A stretch of 64,000 nucleotides of DNA from Candidatus Nanohaloarchaea archaeon (GCA_014297435.1 JACOQA010000003.1:64001-128000); one strand, 5' to 3'; counted from the stretch's first letter, positions 10,032-19,855 are shown. Notes: generated by a model not told the origin, from the sequence alone. Program-made: numbers and translations.

Positions 10032-10922
10032 ATGAGGAAAACAGCGTTAATCGTAGGACTTATTTTTATGACAGCTGCAGCCTCAGCAACCATAGTTGAA
10101 TCCGAGGAGGTAAATGTTGATCTTGCATCCGGCGATGTCGAGGTCGATCTCTACATACAAGAACTTACCTCTTCCTCAATAAGCTACACGACGAGTTACA
10201 ATATTGAAGATGTTGAAGCCAGTATAAACGGTCAAGAACTTGATTGTTCTACTGAAAGCCTTCAGTTCGGATCTGAAATAAGCTGTGATACCGAAATGAG
10301 AGACAACTTTTCCGTCAAACTTAATTTCTCCTCCGACAACCTTGTCTCTACGAGACAGAATGCCAATATTCTAAGATACAGCCACTCTGTTTACAGACCT
10401 ACACAGGAATACAGAATGCGTGTTCTTCTCCCTCAAGGCACAGGACTTCTTGATGAAGACGAAGTCTCAATCCCTGTAGTATCCCCTGAAGATTACAGAA
10501 CAGGCAGCAACGGTCGCAGGATATTCGTGGAGTGGGATCAAAACCCTCAGCTTGGCGATACACTCAACTTTCAGATAGTCTATGATAAATACGAGAACTC
10601 GAACGGCTTCCCTGTGGCAATGGCTCTCTCAATACTAACGACTCTGATTGTTGCAGGACTTGGATACTTCGGCTACAAGAGACTGAACAGAGAGAGCGTG
10701 GAATCAGTCTATGACCAGCTTTCAAGTGATGAGATAGATGTGATTGAGCTATTGAGAGAAAATGAGGGAGAGATGCTACAGAAAGATGTTGTAGACCGAT
10801 CTGATTACTCAAAGGCTAAGATATCAGGAGTAGTATCCGAACTGGTTGATAAAGAGATAGTCACGAAGGAGAAAGAAGGAAGAAGCAACAAGCTACGAAT
10901 AGTCTCAAAATACTCTCATTGA
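10032..10922 (+). CDS. Membrane-anchored protein with extracellular domain and C-terminal winged HTH (COG2512-like)
   Basis: Signal peptide, beta-rich ectodomain, TM, then LSSDE..VIELLRENEGEMLQKDVV....YSKAKISGVVSELVDKEIVTKEKEGRSN wHTH. Confidence 0.8.
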   Translation: MRKTALIVGLIFMTAAASATIVESEEVNVDLASGDVEVDLYIQELTSSSISYTTSYNIEDVEASINGQELDCSTESLQFGSEISCDTEMRDNFSVKLNFSSDNLVSTRQNANILRYSHSVYRPTQEYRMRVLLPQGTGLLDEDEVSIPVVSPEDYRTGSNGRRIFVEWDQNPQLGDTLNFQIVYDKYENSNGFPVAMALSILTTLIVAGLGYFGYKRLNRESVESVYDQLSSDEIDVIELLRENEGEMLQKDVVDRSDYSKAKISGVVSELVDKEIVTKEKEGRSNKLRIVSKYSH

Positions 10923-10923
10923 A

Positions 10924-11217
10924 CTAACGGCTTTTAGCTATAGGAAGTATCTGAATATTCCCGTCTTCAATTTTCCTGCATACACACTCAAGTTCTGTAG
11001 CGTTTTCTACTCTTTCGGACAAGTCTACTTCGATAGAACCAGGAGGATAACAAGCTATTGAACCGTTGAAACTCTGGTTCTGCTGTATAGTATTCTCAAT
11101 CTCCTGGCAATTCGAGACATTTGATCCAGGAACCAATAAGACCGAAATCAACAACCCGAACAAAAGCCCTACTGAGCCAACGGCAACCACTAACCTACTC
11201 CGTTCCATTTTCTTCAC
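10924..11217 (-). CDS. Small membrane-anchored Cys-containing protein
   Basis: N-terminal TM, four Cys; overlaps the upstream gene in an operon. Confidence 0.6.
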   Translation of the reverse strand: MKKMERSRLVVAVGSVGLLFGLLISVLLVPGSNVSNCQEIENTIQQNQSFNGSIACYPPGSIEVDLSERVENATELECVCRKIEDGNIQILPIAKSR

Positions 11218-11962
11218 CTGTCGTGTTAGAGGTTAGGTTGTCTCTGGTAGAGTTCAGTATTTCGCGAATGTTTTCTGTACTTCTGTTAGTTGGTTCTGTA
11301 GCGTTGACTTGATTTGAAATAACATTTTCAAGTTCTTCTTTCGACTGGAAACCTCTGTAAACCTCTCCTTCGATTATAAGAGCCGGGTATGAGCTTACAT
11401 TATGATATTTTTGGACGAAATTAATGTGCTTCATATCTAGATCAGTGTCCAAGGGATATACTGCAAGCTTATCCTCGTACTCATCTCTTAGATAGGTAAG
11501 AACGGTTCCTTGGTCCTCACATGCGCCACAGTCTTTCTTAGTGTAGAGATAAATTACATCAACCATTTTCGAGTCGCAACTTTTCTCCAGAGTTCTTACC
11601 TCAATCAAGTTCTGCACAAGCAAGTTCATGTAACGCTTTTTCAAGGTCTGGTAATCTGATGCCTTGAACTTACTGGATCTTTCATGAGCCGCAACCTTCT
11701 TTCTGAGTTCTTCTATTTCAGGCTTTGAGGTATCAATCCAGTTTTCCATAGCTCGGCATTCGCTTGATTTAGCTTCTTCTGCAAGCTGGAGGCTTAATGA
11801 CTGAGATCTTTGTTCTACTTCAATCTGTTTAATGCTCTCTCTTAATTCAGCAGTCTTGTAATCTTGAAGTGTTATGCCCGCTGCAAGGATCACAGAGAAA
11901 ACTAGGGCTGTTGAAAGTACTGCAAGTATCAGATATTTCCAGTCAACTTTTCTGTCTACCAT
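11195..11962 (-). CDS. Membrane-anchored coiled-coil plus thioredoxin-fold protein
   Basis: N-terminal TM, CGAC motif, cis-Pro loop SYPALII. Confidence 0.75.
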   Translation of the reverse strand: MVDRKVDWKYLILAVLSTALVFSVILAAGITLQDYKTAELRESIKQIEVEQRSQSLSLQLAEEAKSSECRAMENWIDTSKPEIEELRKKVAAHERSSKFKASDYQTLKKRYMNLLVQNLIEVRTLEKSCDSKMVDVIYLYTKKDCGACEDQGTVLTYLRDEYEDKLAVYPLDTDLDMKHINFVQKYHNVSSYPALIIEGEVYRGFQSKEELENVISNQVNATEPTNRSTENIREILNSTRDNLTSNTTGEENGTE

Positions 11963-13173
11963 ATTTTCTTACCTCCTCTAATCTCCTCTAGAGCTGCCGA
12001 GATCCAGAATGCCGCGTAAAGCATTCCGTAAACGGTCAGGAACAGTATGTAGTGTACCTTTCTCTCCCACAGGCTTAAGTCCTCTTCCGATGTCCTGAGA
12101 CTGTAGTAAAGCATCACAAGTCCGGCTCCACCTAAAACCAGGTAGAATAAATGGAATATTGAAAGGGACTGAACTGATAGAGATAGACCTCCTATAGGTA
12201 TTGTACCTACCAGCATGAAGGTGTGGAACATCTGGATTATGCCTGTTATGATCTTGTAGGTCAGATGCGTAAGTAGGAAGACCGTGACCGTTATGAACAA
12301 TAGGTTGAACGGTAGTATAATCACCCCAAGATTACCGTATCTAGGATTGAACCAGAGCTCGTCGTATTCAATAATATTATTTATGTAGCCACGGTACCAG
12401 CGAGTTCTCTGTCTAAACAGACCTTTGAGTGTTGAAGGAGATGGCGTGTCAACGTATGCATTGGTCGAGTTCTTTATCTTCGCACCGTTCTTGTACATTC
12501 TGAACGCAACTTCCATATCCTCAGTAAGGGTTTCCTCATCCCACCCCCCTATTTCCTTGAGATATTCTGCATCATAAATACTGCCCGGTCCAGGCATTAC
12601 CCACTGAGAATCAAAGATTCCGAACAGCTTTCTCAAGAAAACATTGTATATGAACTCCGCCCACATGACTTTCTCCGACCACGTCTGAGGATTCTTAACT
12701 TTCATAGCAGGCGTTACACCCTTCACTCCATCTTCCTCGAAGTATCCGACCATAGCCTTTACCATTCCCGGTTCTGCAACTGAGTCAGCGTCCATGCAGC
12801 CTATAAGTTCGGTATCTACTTTTTCAAGCACTTGATTCATGGAATTTGCTTTGCCGGAGTTCTCCTTATCTACTATTTCAATACGGTCTTTGAATTGACT
12901 CATTTTCTCAAGTGTTGAGTCCTTTGAACCGTCGTTGATAGCTATAATCTCTAGATTGCCAGGATAATTCTGTTCAAGTAGAGAGTTTATGCACTCCTCA
13001 ACATATTCCTCTTCGTTGTAAGCCGGAACCAAGAACGTTACCGATGGAAACCTAGATGGAACCGGATCTGTATAGACGTCTTTCCTGTTCAAGAAATACA
13101 CTAATAGCCATAAAGATACCGAAAAAATCATAACTGCGAATATTCCGATGTATAGAATGTCGATTAACTGCAT
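11956..13173 (-). CDS. Processive GT2 glycosyltransferase (PgaC/cellulose-synthase-like)
   Basis: VPAYNEE, NDGS, GKA, DADS, TED, QRTRW motifs plus multiple TMs. Confidence 0.9.
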   Translation of the reverse strand: MQLIDILYIGIFAVMIFSVSLWLLVYFLNRKDVYTDPVPSRFPSVTFLVPAYNEEEYVEECINSLLEQNYPGNLEIIAINDGSKDSTLEKMSQFKDRIEIVDKENSGKANSMNQVLEKVDTELIGCMDADSVAEPGMVKAMVGYFEEDGVKGVTPAMKVKNPQTWSEKVMWAEFIYNVFLRKLFGIFDSQWVMPGPGSIYDAEYLKEIGGWDEETLTEDMEVAFRMYKNGAKIKNSTNAYVDTPSPSTLKGLFRQRTRWYRGYINNIIEYDELWFNPRYGNLGVIILPFNLLFITVTVFLLTHLTYKIITGIIQMFHTFMLVGTIPIGGLSLSVQSLSIFHLFYLVLGGAGLVMLYYSLRTSEEDLSLWERKVHYILFLTVYGMLYAAFWISAALEEIRGGKKIW

Positions 13174-13294
13174 CTCTACCGCTGTTTAAATGAGGTCGAA
13201 TCATCTTCTTAAAATAAATTATTCCGACCCCGATCCTGAGAAAAATATCGCCGGGGCTTTTTTGAAGAGAGAAGACATGAGAATCATACATCTC

Positions 13295-14362
13295 ATGAAA
13301 ATCTCCGTAGTAATCCCTGCATACAATGAGGAGGAGAAGTTGGAAGACTGCTGTGAAGAAGTGATCCAAAGAAAGACTGTAGGAGAAGTCTTGATAGTTG
13401 AGGACGGTTGCACAGATAGTACGCCCAAGATTGCTTCTAGAATTGCGTCAGAAAACGACAAAGTGAGACACATACATAAAGAAGAGAAACTAGGGAAAGG
13501 AAGAGCTATTGAAATAGGTTTTGAGAACACTTCATCAGACATAGTATGTTTCATGGATGCTGATCTTTCGACCGATTTGTCCGCACTTGAAAGACTTCTA
13601 GAGGAGTTTGAGGACGGAGCGGACCTTGTAATCGGAAGCCGTTACATGAAGGAGAGCAGATGTGAGAGAAAAGCAGTTAGATCGGGTCTAAGCAGGATTT
13701 ACAACATTCTTGCGTCAAAAATGTTAGGTAATTCAATTAAAGACCGTCAATGCGGGTTTAAAGCATTAAGAAAAAGTTCTTTTGAAGAACTGAACGACTC
13801 AATCCAATCTAATGGATGGTTCTGGGACACCGAACTCATCTATAGGGCTAATCAATCAGGGATGATCGTAAGAGAAATATCTGTAGATTGGAGACCTTCT
13901 GGAGAGTCTGAAGTTAATATCGGTTCTGCAAGCCTAGAGATGCTGAGAGGTCTTATAGGATTGAAGGAAGAGCAGCATCCACGTTTGGCAAAATATGTGC
14001 GTTTTGCTTCGGTTGGAGCAGTTGCAGGCGTACTCAATTCAGTAATCCTTTTCACACTGACCGAGTTCTTGAATTTACACTACCTAGCAAGCTCTGCAAT
14101 AGCTATAGAGACAGGGATAATATTCATGTTCTTCATAAATAATCATTTCACGTTTGAAACTACGAAAAAAGGATTGGAGAATGTTGTTGAGGGAATAATT
14201 CGTTCAAACCTCGTCCGGTCAGCAGGAATAGGTCTTTACTTCATAACGCTCTACGCTTTAACTGAAGCAGGAAGCTACTACCTAATCTCTAACGTCATAG
14301 CTCTTTTCATATCCTCCATTCTAAACTTCATAGGCGAGAAGCGATTTAATTGGAAGGAATAG
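13295..14362 (+). CDS. Dolichyl-phosphate glycosyltransferase (GT2) fused to GtrA-like flippase domain
   Basis: ISVVIPAYNEE, GKGRAI..G, DADLS, DRQCGFKA, WFWDTEL; C-terminal 4-TM GtrA-like part (RFASVGAVA, NHFTF). Confidence 0.88.
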   Translation: MKISVVIPAYNEEEKLEDCCEEVIQRKTVGEVLIVEDGCTDSTPKIASRIASENDKVRHIHKEEKLGKGRAIEIGFENTSSDIVCFMDADLSTDLSALERLLEEFEDGADLVIGSRYMKESRCERKAVRSGLSRIYNILASKMLGNSIKDRQCGFKALRKSSFEELNDSIQSNGWFWDTELIYRANQSGMIVREISVDWRPSGESEVNIGSASLEMLRGLIGLKEEQHPRLAKYVRFASVGAVAGVLNSVILFTLTEFLNLHYLASSAIAIETGIIFMFFINNHFTFETTKKGLENVVEGIIRSNLVRSAGIGLYFITLYALTEAGSYYLISNVIALFISSILNFIGEKRFNWKE

Positions 14363-15578
14363 AGAGATTATAGATCCTGTAGTTTATACATGAGTTTTCA
14401 AAGCTTTTAACAATCTTGTAGTCTTTTTCAGAACTCATAACTGCAAATGATGCATTTTCTTCAGCATTTAAATCCTGAAGGGATTTCCATGGAGAATAAA
14501 CTGATCTGTCAAGCTCAAATCCCGCTATAGCCCAGTTATCAGTTACAATACTGCCTTCCAGACCTTCAGCATAATCAAGCGCTTGATGAAGTGGTTCTCC
14601 GCACTCATTATGAGTATTGTAATTAGCAGTTACAGCAATTCCGGAAGTGAGTATCATTAAAGAGGATACTGCGATAAACAAGTTTCTGTCTAGACCTCTG
14701 TAGGCGATTAATATTACAAAGGGTAGTGAGGCAAGCCAGTAACGCTGGAATGAATTTCCTGAAAACAGAAGCATGAATAATGTGTATGATAAAAGCATGG
14801 ATTTCTCAACGATGGGCGAGTCTCTCCATCCGTAAGCGGTTGCAGGCAAAAGGGTTGAGAGCACAGAGATCATAGACATAATACTTGGAATGGTTGCAGC
14901 AAACATCCCAGAACTTGACCATTTAGTAACCCGGGTCACATACATGACAACCTTTGAGAATGGACTTCCGTATTCAACAAGGCTGTAACCCATAAACGGC
15001 AGAGCTCCAATGAAGCCACCTCCGATATAATTTATAATCCCTCTCCTGTTATCAAAGACGAACGCTAAAGCCATTCCTAAGGCAAAGATAAAGAAGAGGT
15101 AGCGGAACGTAGCAGCAACCGACAATAATATTCCTGCCGAAAGAAAATTTCTCTTCCTATACATGTAAAGCGATCCAAGTATGAATAACAATGCAGGAAC
15201 GTCAGTATAGACTCTAGCCGACCAGTGGAGCATTAATGGGGCGAGACCGAAAAAAGCAGTTGGCAAAACCGGATCGTCGAACTCTCTTTCAGCCAACCTA
15301 TAGAATACGAGTATAGAGGCAATTCCGAACATCATTACTGCGAGTCTTGCTGCAAGTACTGAGTCTCCTGTTATTGTCCATATTCCGGCAATAATAAAGG
15401 ATATTGCTGCAGGTCGACTCTCCTCAAAGTTCCCCTCCTGTCCCGAAAAATGCTCTGCATTCAGTAAAAATGAACCCTCATCCCACTCTAGGAAGCCGTT
15501 GAAAGCGAAGAAACCGGAAATAAGAGTGAAGAGAATTAATATGATGAGAAGACGGGAATTGATATTTCCTAGATCCAT
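14346..15578 (-). CDS. GT-C (PMT/ArnT-like) membrane glycosyltransferase
   Basis: WDEG motif in first loop, RP, multi-TM, YTDVP, RY motifs. Confidence 0.8.
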   Translation of the reverse strand: MDLGNINSRLLIILILFTLISGFFAFNGFLEWDEGSFLLNAEHFSGQEGNFEESRPAAISFIIAGIWTITGDSVLAARLAVMMFGIASILVFYRLAEREFDDPVLPTAFFGLAPLMLHWSARVYTDVPALLFILGSLYMYRKRNFLSAGILLSVAATFRYLFFIFALGMALAFVFDNRRGIINYIGGGFIGALPFMGYSLVEYGSPFSKVVMYVTRVTKWSSSGMFAATIPSIMSMISVLSTLLPATAYGWRDSPIVEKSMLLSYTLFMLLFSGNSFQRYWLASLPFVILIAYRGLDRNLFIAVSSLMILTSGIAVTANYNTHNECGEPLHQALDYAEGLEGSIVTDNWAIAGFELDRSVYSPWKSLQDLNAEENASFAVMSSEKDYKIVKSFENSCINYRIYNLSIPSN

Positions 15579-15610
15579 AGGTCTTTTTACTGGACTTTCC
15601 GTCTTAAACC

Positions 15611-16765
15611 TTAGTCGTTCTTCATTAGTTCTCTGAGGAAGACTGTGGCGTAGCTTCCTTTCGGAAGATCGAACTTTACAGTCATCTTGTTCTTGTTCAT
15701 GTTGAGGTCGTCGTCCTCTATCTCCAGAACCTCAAAGTTTCTGAAGTCGGCGAACGCCCTTCTGTAAGTTCCTTCCGACCTCAGTTCAGGGAAATCTTGA
15801 AGCCTGAAGTCTTCCTGTTTGACTCCTTCTTCCTCAAGCACTTCTTCGATCATGTTTTCAGGTTTGTTGTCCTTCAAGTCGGTTTTAAAGCCTACTAGAG
15901 GGATTTCGTACTCCGGATCAAACCAGTCCTCTTCCAGAAGCTTTGAGAGAACTCTGTTGAATACCCATGACTGGTATGCGTGGACAAATAGCTGCTGGAG
16001 ACCTTCTGGAAGTCTCTTGATAGCTCCTTTGTAGTCTCCTTCGTTCTTTGTTATGTGGTAGAGAAGTGCCTTCTCATATCTATACTGCTCAGGGAATTTT
16101 TCCGCAGCGTCTTCAGGATCTCTTGTTTCCCATAGCTCATCTCTGATCTTCCTTATCGACTTGTATTCTTCATCGTAAGGCTTCGCGATATAGGTCCATA
16201 CTGCTTCCTCGAAGTTTCCTTTAAGAATATGTCTTCCGACCTGGTGAGTGATAGGTCTCGCGGATCCGAATCTCTGTCTTCCGAAGTAGTTAGGGAACTT
16301 GCCTTCAAGTTCTTCTACAGTTTTGAGAGAACGGTTTCTCAGGTCCTCGATTGGGAACATTAGTTGTCTGACAGTGATCTCGAATCTATTGGCTGATAGG
16401 TTACCAAGCCCGATGTAGTCTCCTTTTCCAACAACCTCCAAATCAAACTCGTCCGTGAATACCTGGTTCACATCCATTTCATCGACGCCTTGGATTGAAA
16501 TGTACTGTTCTGTTACAGCTCTCTTGTCTTTGTTTCCTGCGTATCCTATTCTGTCTTTTGAGATGTGGAGCATGTTGGAGAGCTTATCTATAGCATCCAT
16601 AGTTGTCATGTTCTGTTTTCTAAGTTTCACGATTAGATGGTCGCCCTCTCCTGTGTCATGGGAAGCCATCTCGGTGACTATGAAGTCGTTCACCTGTTCC
16701 TTTATCTCTCCTTTAATTCCTGTTGTTTCAGTGTAATACTCTAGATTCATCACGTCGTCCATCAT
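15611..16765 (-). CDS. truD: tRNA pseudouridine(13) synthase TruD
   Basis: DFIVTE, YAGNKDKRAVTEQ, FPNYFGRQRFG, FVHAYQS, LPKGSYATVFLRE. Confidence 0.95.
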   Translation of the reverse strand: MMDDVMNLEYYTETTGIKGEIKEQVNDFIVTEMASHDTGEGDHLIVKLRKQNMTTMDAIDKLSNMLHISKDRIGYAGNKDKRAVTEQYISIQGVDEMDVNQVFTDEFDLEVVGKGDYIGLGNLSANRFEITVRQLMFPIEDLRNRSLKTVEELEGKFPNYFGRQRFGSARPITHQVGRHILKGNFEEAVWTYIAKPYDEEYKSIRKIRDELWETRDPEDAAEKFPEQYRYEKALLYHITKNEGDYKGAIKRLPEGLQQLFVHAYQSWVFNRVLSKLLEEDWFDPEYEIPLVGFKTDLKDNKPENMIEEVLEEEGVKQEDFRLQDFPELRSEGTYRRAFADFRNFEVLEIEDDDLNMNKNKMTVKFDLPKGSYATVFLRELMKND

Positions 16766-17109
16766 TCTATCAACCTCAATTCTCCAGTTAAACTATCAAT
16801 TTTGTCCGATTCTGCCGGTCCGATTGCTAGCGCAGTCTTGCTCCCGGGTTCGACTTCGGTGTGCCCGGCATCTTTTACTAGGTATGCCGGCAGTTTATTA
16901 TATTTCGCATCGGTAAGCAAATCCTCTAACTTCCGATCTCCGCTCCCTAATATGACTTTTTTAGCTCCCTTATTATCCCAATCTTCTCTCTTCTCAGCAC
17001 CAGCCTTTTTGTAGGCGCCTAGAGAAGCATGTGCTACTTGTGCTGCAGTTTTACCCTTGGATAGTCCAAGTTGTTCGTTCACCACTATTACTTGTTTAAG
17101 CTCTGACAT
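16762..17109 (-). CDS. pth2: Peptidyl-tRNA hydrolase Pth2
   Basis: KQVIVV...GKTAAQVAHAS, DAGHTEVEPGSKTALAIGP. Confidence 0.95.
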   Translation of the reverse strand: MSELKQVIVVNEQLGLSKGKTAAQVAHASLGAYKKAGAEKREDWDNKGAKKVILGSGDRKLEDLLTDAKYNKLPAYLVKDAGHTEVEPGSKTALAIGPAESDKIDSLTGELRLIE

Positions 17110-17268
17110 TGGTATTAATTGTATTTACATTACCTTTCAGATTTTAAGTACCTTTTGGTAACAACTATACTGACCTTGAAGTCAAGTACACTTGACCATT
17201 TTATCCCCAAATACTAAATAAACAATCCAAAGAACAAACCTCGAAAAGTAGCAATCGAAACAGAAAAG

Positions 17269-17374
17269 TGGGTCCACCCAGATTCGAACTGGGGATCTTC
17301 GCCTTGTAAGGGCGACGTCTTAGTCCAAAGCCAGCAGAGCTGAAACCTTGGATAACCAACTAGACCATGGACCC
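17269..17374 (-). tRNA. tRNA-Val(TAC) with 32-nt non-canonical intron (17320..17351) in the D-arm
   Basis: Reverse complement: GGGTCCA TG GTCTAGTTGGTTAT [32 nt] GACG TCGCC CTTACAA GGCGA AGATC CCCAG TTCGAAT CTGGG TGGACCC A. Confidence 0.92.
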
Positions 17375-17424
17375 TACTATACTGTGAAAAAGGAGATGAA
17401 CTCTTTTAAACCTCTACACAATCA

Positions 17425-19281
17425 TCAAATCTCCTTCCTTAATATAGGGTCGTAGACCTGATCGCCTTTCGAATAGTAAGGATAATATACAAGTTCAGGT
17501 TCAGGATATCCTAAAGCTTCCTCATCTTTCTGTTTCTCAATAAGTTTTTCGGCATCGACTCGTTCATCGACAAGCTCTTGGTCAAAGTAACTGTCTTCAA
17601 CCGCCAACTCTTTCTCTTTGACTTTGCCTTTAGCCCTCAACTTTTCTATTATTGATGCGACTTTTGAGATAGAGTCCTCACGCTTTTCAACAATTTCTTG
17701 CTTGTCCATACCTTTCTGGATCATCGAAGTAATCTCTTCTTCCTCGTCGGAAAGCTTGTTTTCCTCGGCTTTAACTTCGCCGTTAACTGCATCGATCAAA
17801 AGCTTTTTCTCGCCATCCTCTACCATGTAGAGCGGGTAGTAAGCTACATCGAACTTGTGACCTTTCTCGGTCTCAACCTCCTCCTTCGACCTTTTAGGCT
17901 TGAACATCTTGATCTTATCCTTTTCTTCGTAGTTCTCGGAAGTCTGTGTTACGCCACCGTGCTTTGACTTTCTGGTTCTTACATCGGTCATAACCGGGTA
18001 GTCGTTTCCAAGTATGAAGCAGACCCCTGGAGGGAGCGACTTGATCATGGACTCAACTTCACTCGTTATTCCTTCGAACGATTTCGAAATAGCTTTTAGG
18101 TCGTTCGGGTTAGTAACTCTCAGAATAAACTGGGTGTTACACTGAGAAAGAACGTTTTTGTCGATCCTTGCCGGCCTCTGGGAGATAACACCGAGACCTA
18201 AACCGAACTTTCTTCCCTCAGATGCGATCTTTCTCAGTATGTCGTTTGATAGTGCTTTGCCGAAGCCCTTCTCAGGTGCGAAGTTGTGAGCCTCCTCTAT
18301 AACCATTATGAAAGGCGGGATCAGATTCTTCTTCCTTAACTCGAACATTCTTTTCGCTAGCATGAACATAGTCATCTCAGCTGTCTCCGGTTCAACAGCC
18401 TTCAGGTTGATGACCGTGGCCTCTCCAGGAGTTAATAGTTCTTCAAGATCGGCCGGGTCCTCTGTAAACAGTCCGGACTCGTCGAGCTGTTCCATCGAAT
18501 TCAAAAGATTCCACTTAGCTGTAGAATCTTCCTGAGAAACCGCATCCATCAGACCGGTTAGTGTATAATCATCCTCTTTATCTCTCAACCGTTTTAATGC
18601 GTTGTAAAGAACTCCCATCTGCGAATTCGTTAAATTATCAGGAATAACATTCAGCAATTCTTTTTTCTCCATGTTAACCGATGAAAAGCTTAGGGGTAGC
18701 GCCTCCTGGTTGATATCGGTGTTTGGAGAATATTCCGTAACCTCGTAACCTCTGGAACCTCCATCCTCTTTCTCCGGGTTAGGAAGTTTAAGAGAGGAGA
18801 ATTCACCGTGAGGATCTATGACCATAATAGGCAGATCCTGCTCAAGCATCTCCTCACATAATACGCCCGTAAGATAGCTCTTTCCGGCGCCTGTCTGTGC
18901 TAGGACGCCAAAGTGCTTGTAGAAGTCGTCTTTGTTAACAAAAATGTCGATGTCCGGGTTCGTTTCAAGGTTACCGACCTGAAGACCTGAATCCTTCAGT
19001 CCTAATGTGTCGGAGATTAATTCCTGATCTGCTGAGTAGACGATCGATCCTGGTTCTATAACTCTTCTCGGTGCTTTGGTTAGTCCTTTGTCCCTGTATC
19101 CGATTATGTTGGCGTTTGCCATGGTCTCTCCATCAGGTTTCTTCGTTACCTGTTCAACCTGTCCCAGAATCCATTTATCGTTACTTTTAACCGAGATAAA
19201 GTCGAACTTCTTCACTTCTTCTGTAGCTCTAAATTTGAAGGATGATGTGTCGACGTTTCCTTCGATCGTCCCTAGCTTCAT
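17425..19281 (-). CDS. HerA-family (DUF87) ATPase with HAS barrel and C-terminal extension
   Basis: HFGVLAQTGAGKSY, IDPHGEF, IEEAHNFAP, EGRKFGLGL.VISQRPA.IDKNVLSQCNT. Confidence 0.88.
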   Translation of the reverse strand: MKLGTIEGNVDTSSFKFRATEEVKKFDFISVKSNDKWILGQVEQVTKKPDGETMANANIIGYRDKGLTKAPRRVIEPGSIVYSADQELISDTLGLKDSGLQVGNLETNPDIDIFVNKDDFYKHFGVLAQTGAGKSYLTGVLCEEMLEQDLPIMVIDPHGEFSSLKLPNPEKEDGGSRGYEVTEYSPNTDINQEALPLSFSSVNMEKKELLNVIPDNLTNSQMGVLYNALKRLRDKEDDYTLTGLMDAVSQEDSTAKWNLLNSMEQLDESGLFTEDPADLEELLTPGEATVINLKAVEPETAEMTMFMLAKRMFELRKKNLIPPFIMVIEEAHNFAPEKGFGKALSNDILRKIASEGRKFGLGLGVISQRPARIDKNVLSQCNTQFILRVTNPNDLKAISKSFEGITSEVESMIKSLPPGVCFILGNDYPVMTDVRTRKSKHGGVTQTSENYEEKDKIKMFKPKRSKEEVETEKGHKFDVAYYPLYMVEDGEKKLLIDAVNGEVKAEENKLSDEEEEITSMIQKGMDKQEIVEKREDSISKVASIIEKLRAKGKVKEKELAVEDSYFDQELVDERVDAEKLIEKQKDEEALGYPEPELVYYPYYSKGDQVYDPILRKEI

Positions 19282-19369
19282 CGATAAGAAACGGTTCTCA
19301 TACCATATTCAAAAAACTGTCTCGGGCAGGGGAATGGAATTTAAGAAGCTGGTTCATAACTGTTTGAAT

Positions 19370-19804
19370 ATGGAGATTGGCGAAGACCTGAAGAAGAACC
19401 TTATCTTTCTCGGAGCAACACTAGTTTTGATCTCACTGGTTTTCGCCGGAAAAAACGTTATTACGCCAGAAGACCCGGTAAAAGTAGGTTTCACAGAAGT
19501 TACAACTGAATGTACAGGTATTGATGCCGGAGTCTGTATCGGATTCCAGCAGAGAGATCACACAACCTATAACTATGACAACTATTCTGAAGCTGAACCA
19601 GGTACAGAGAACTACTACAGGAGGGTTGAAGCTGAACTGATGTACCAGGCTTACAGTATCTGCGATCAGGACACTAAAGGCATGGAATGGACAGATCAAG
19701 CATCTTATGACAACAAAACTGCCACCGAATGGATGGAGAACGAGAACGTCCAGCTATTGCCTTGTAAGGAGACTTTCTACAGACCTCTGAATGCAACGAA
19801 GTAG
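19370..19804 (+). CDS. Membrane-anchored secreted hypothetical protein
   Basis: N-terminal TM, four Cys; ATG at 19370 avoids overlap with the divergent gene. Confidence 0.65.
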   Translation: MEIGEDLKKNLIFLGATLVLISLVFAGKNVITPEDPVKVGFTEVTTECTGIDAGVCIGFQQRDHTTYNYDNYSEAEPGTENYYRRVEAELMYQAYSICDQDTKGMEWTDQASYDNKTATEWMENENVQLLPCKETFYRPLNATK

Positions 19805-19855
19805 GCTATTAAAAATCTTCTTCACCGATTTTCTGTTATAAGAGGTATTCAAACT

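Noticed and set aside
17181-17196. Palindrome GTCAAGT-AC-ACTTGAC upstream of pth2
   Set aside because: Single short occurrence; could be an operator but chance cannot be excluded
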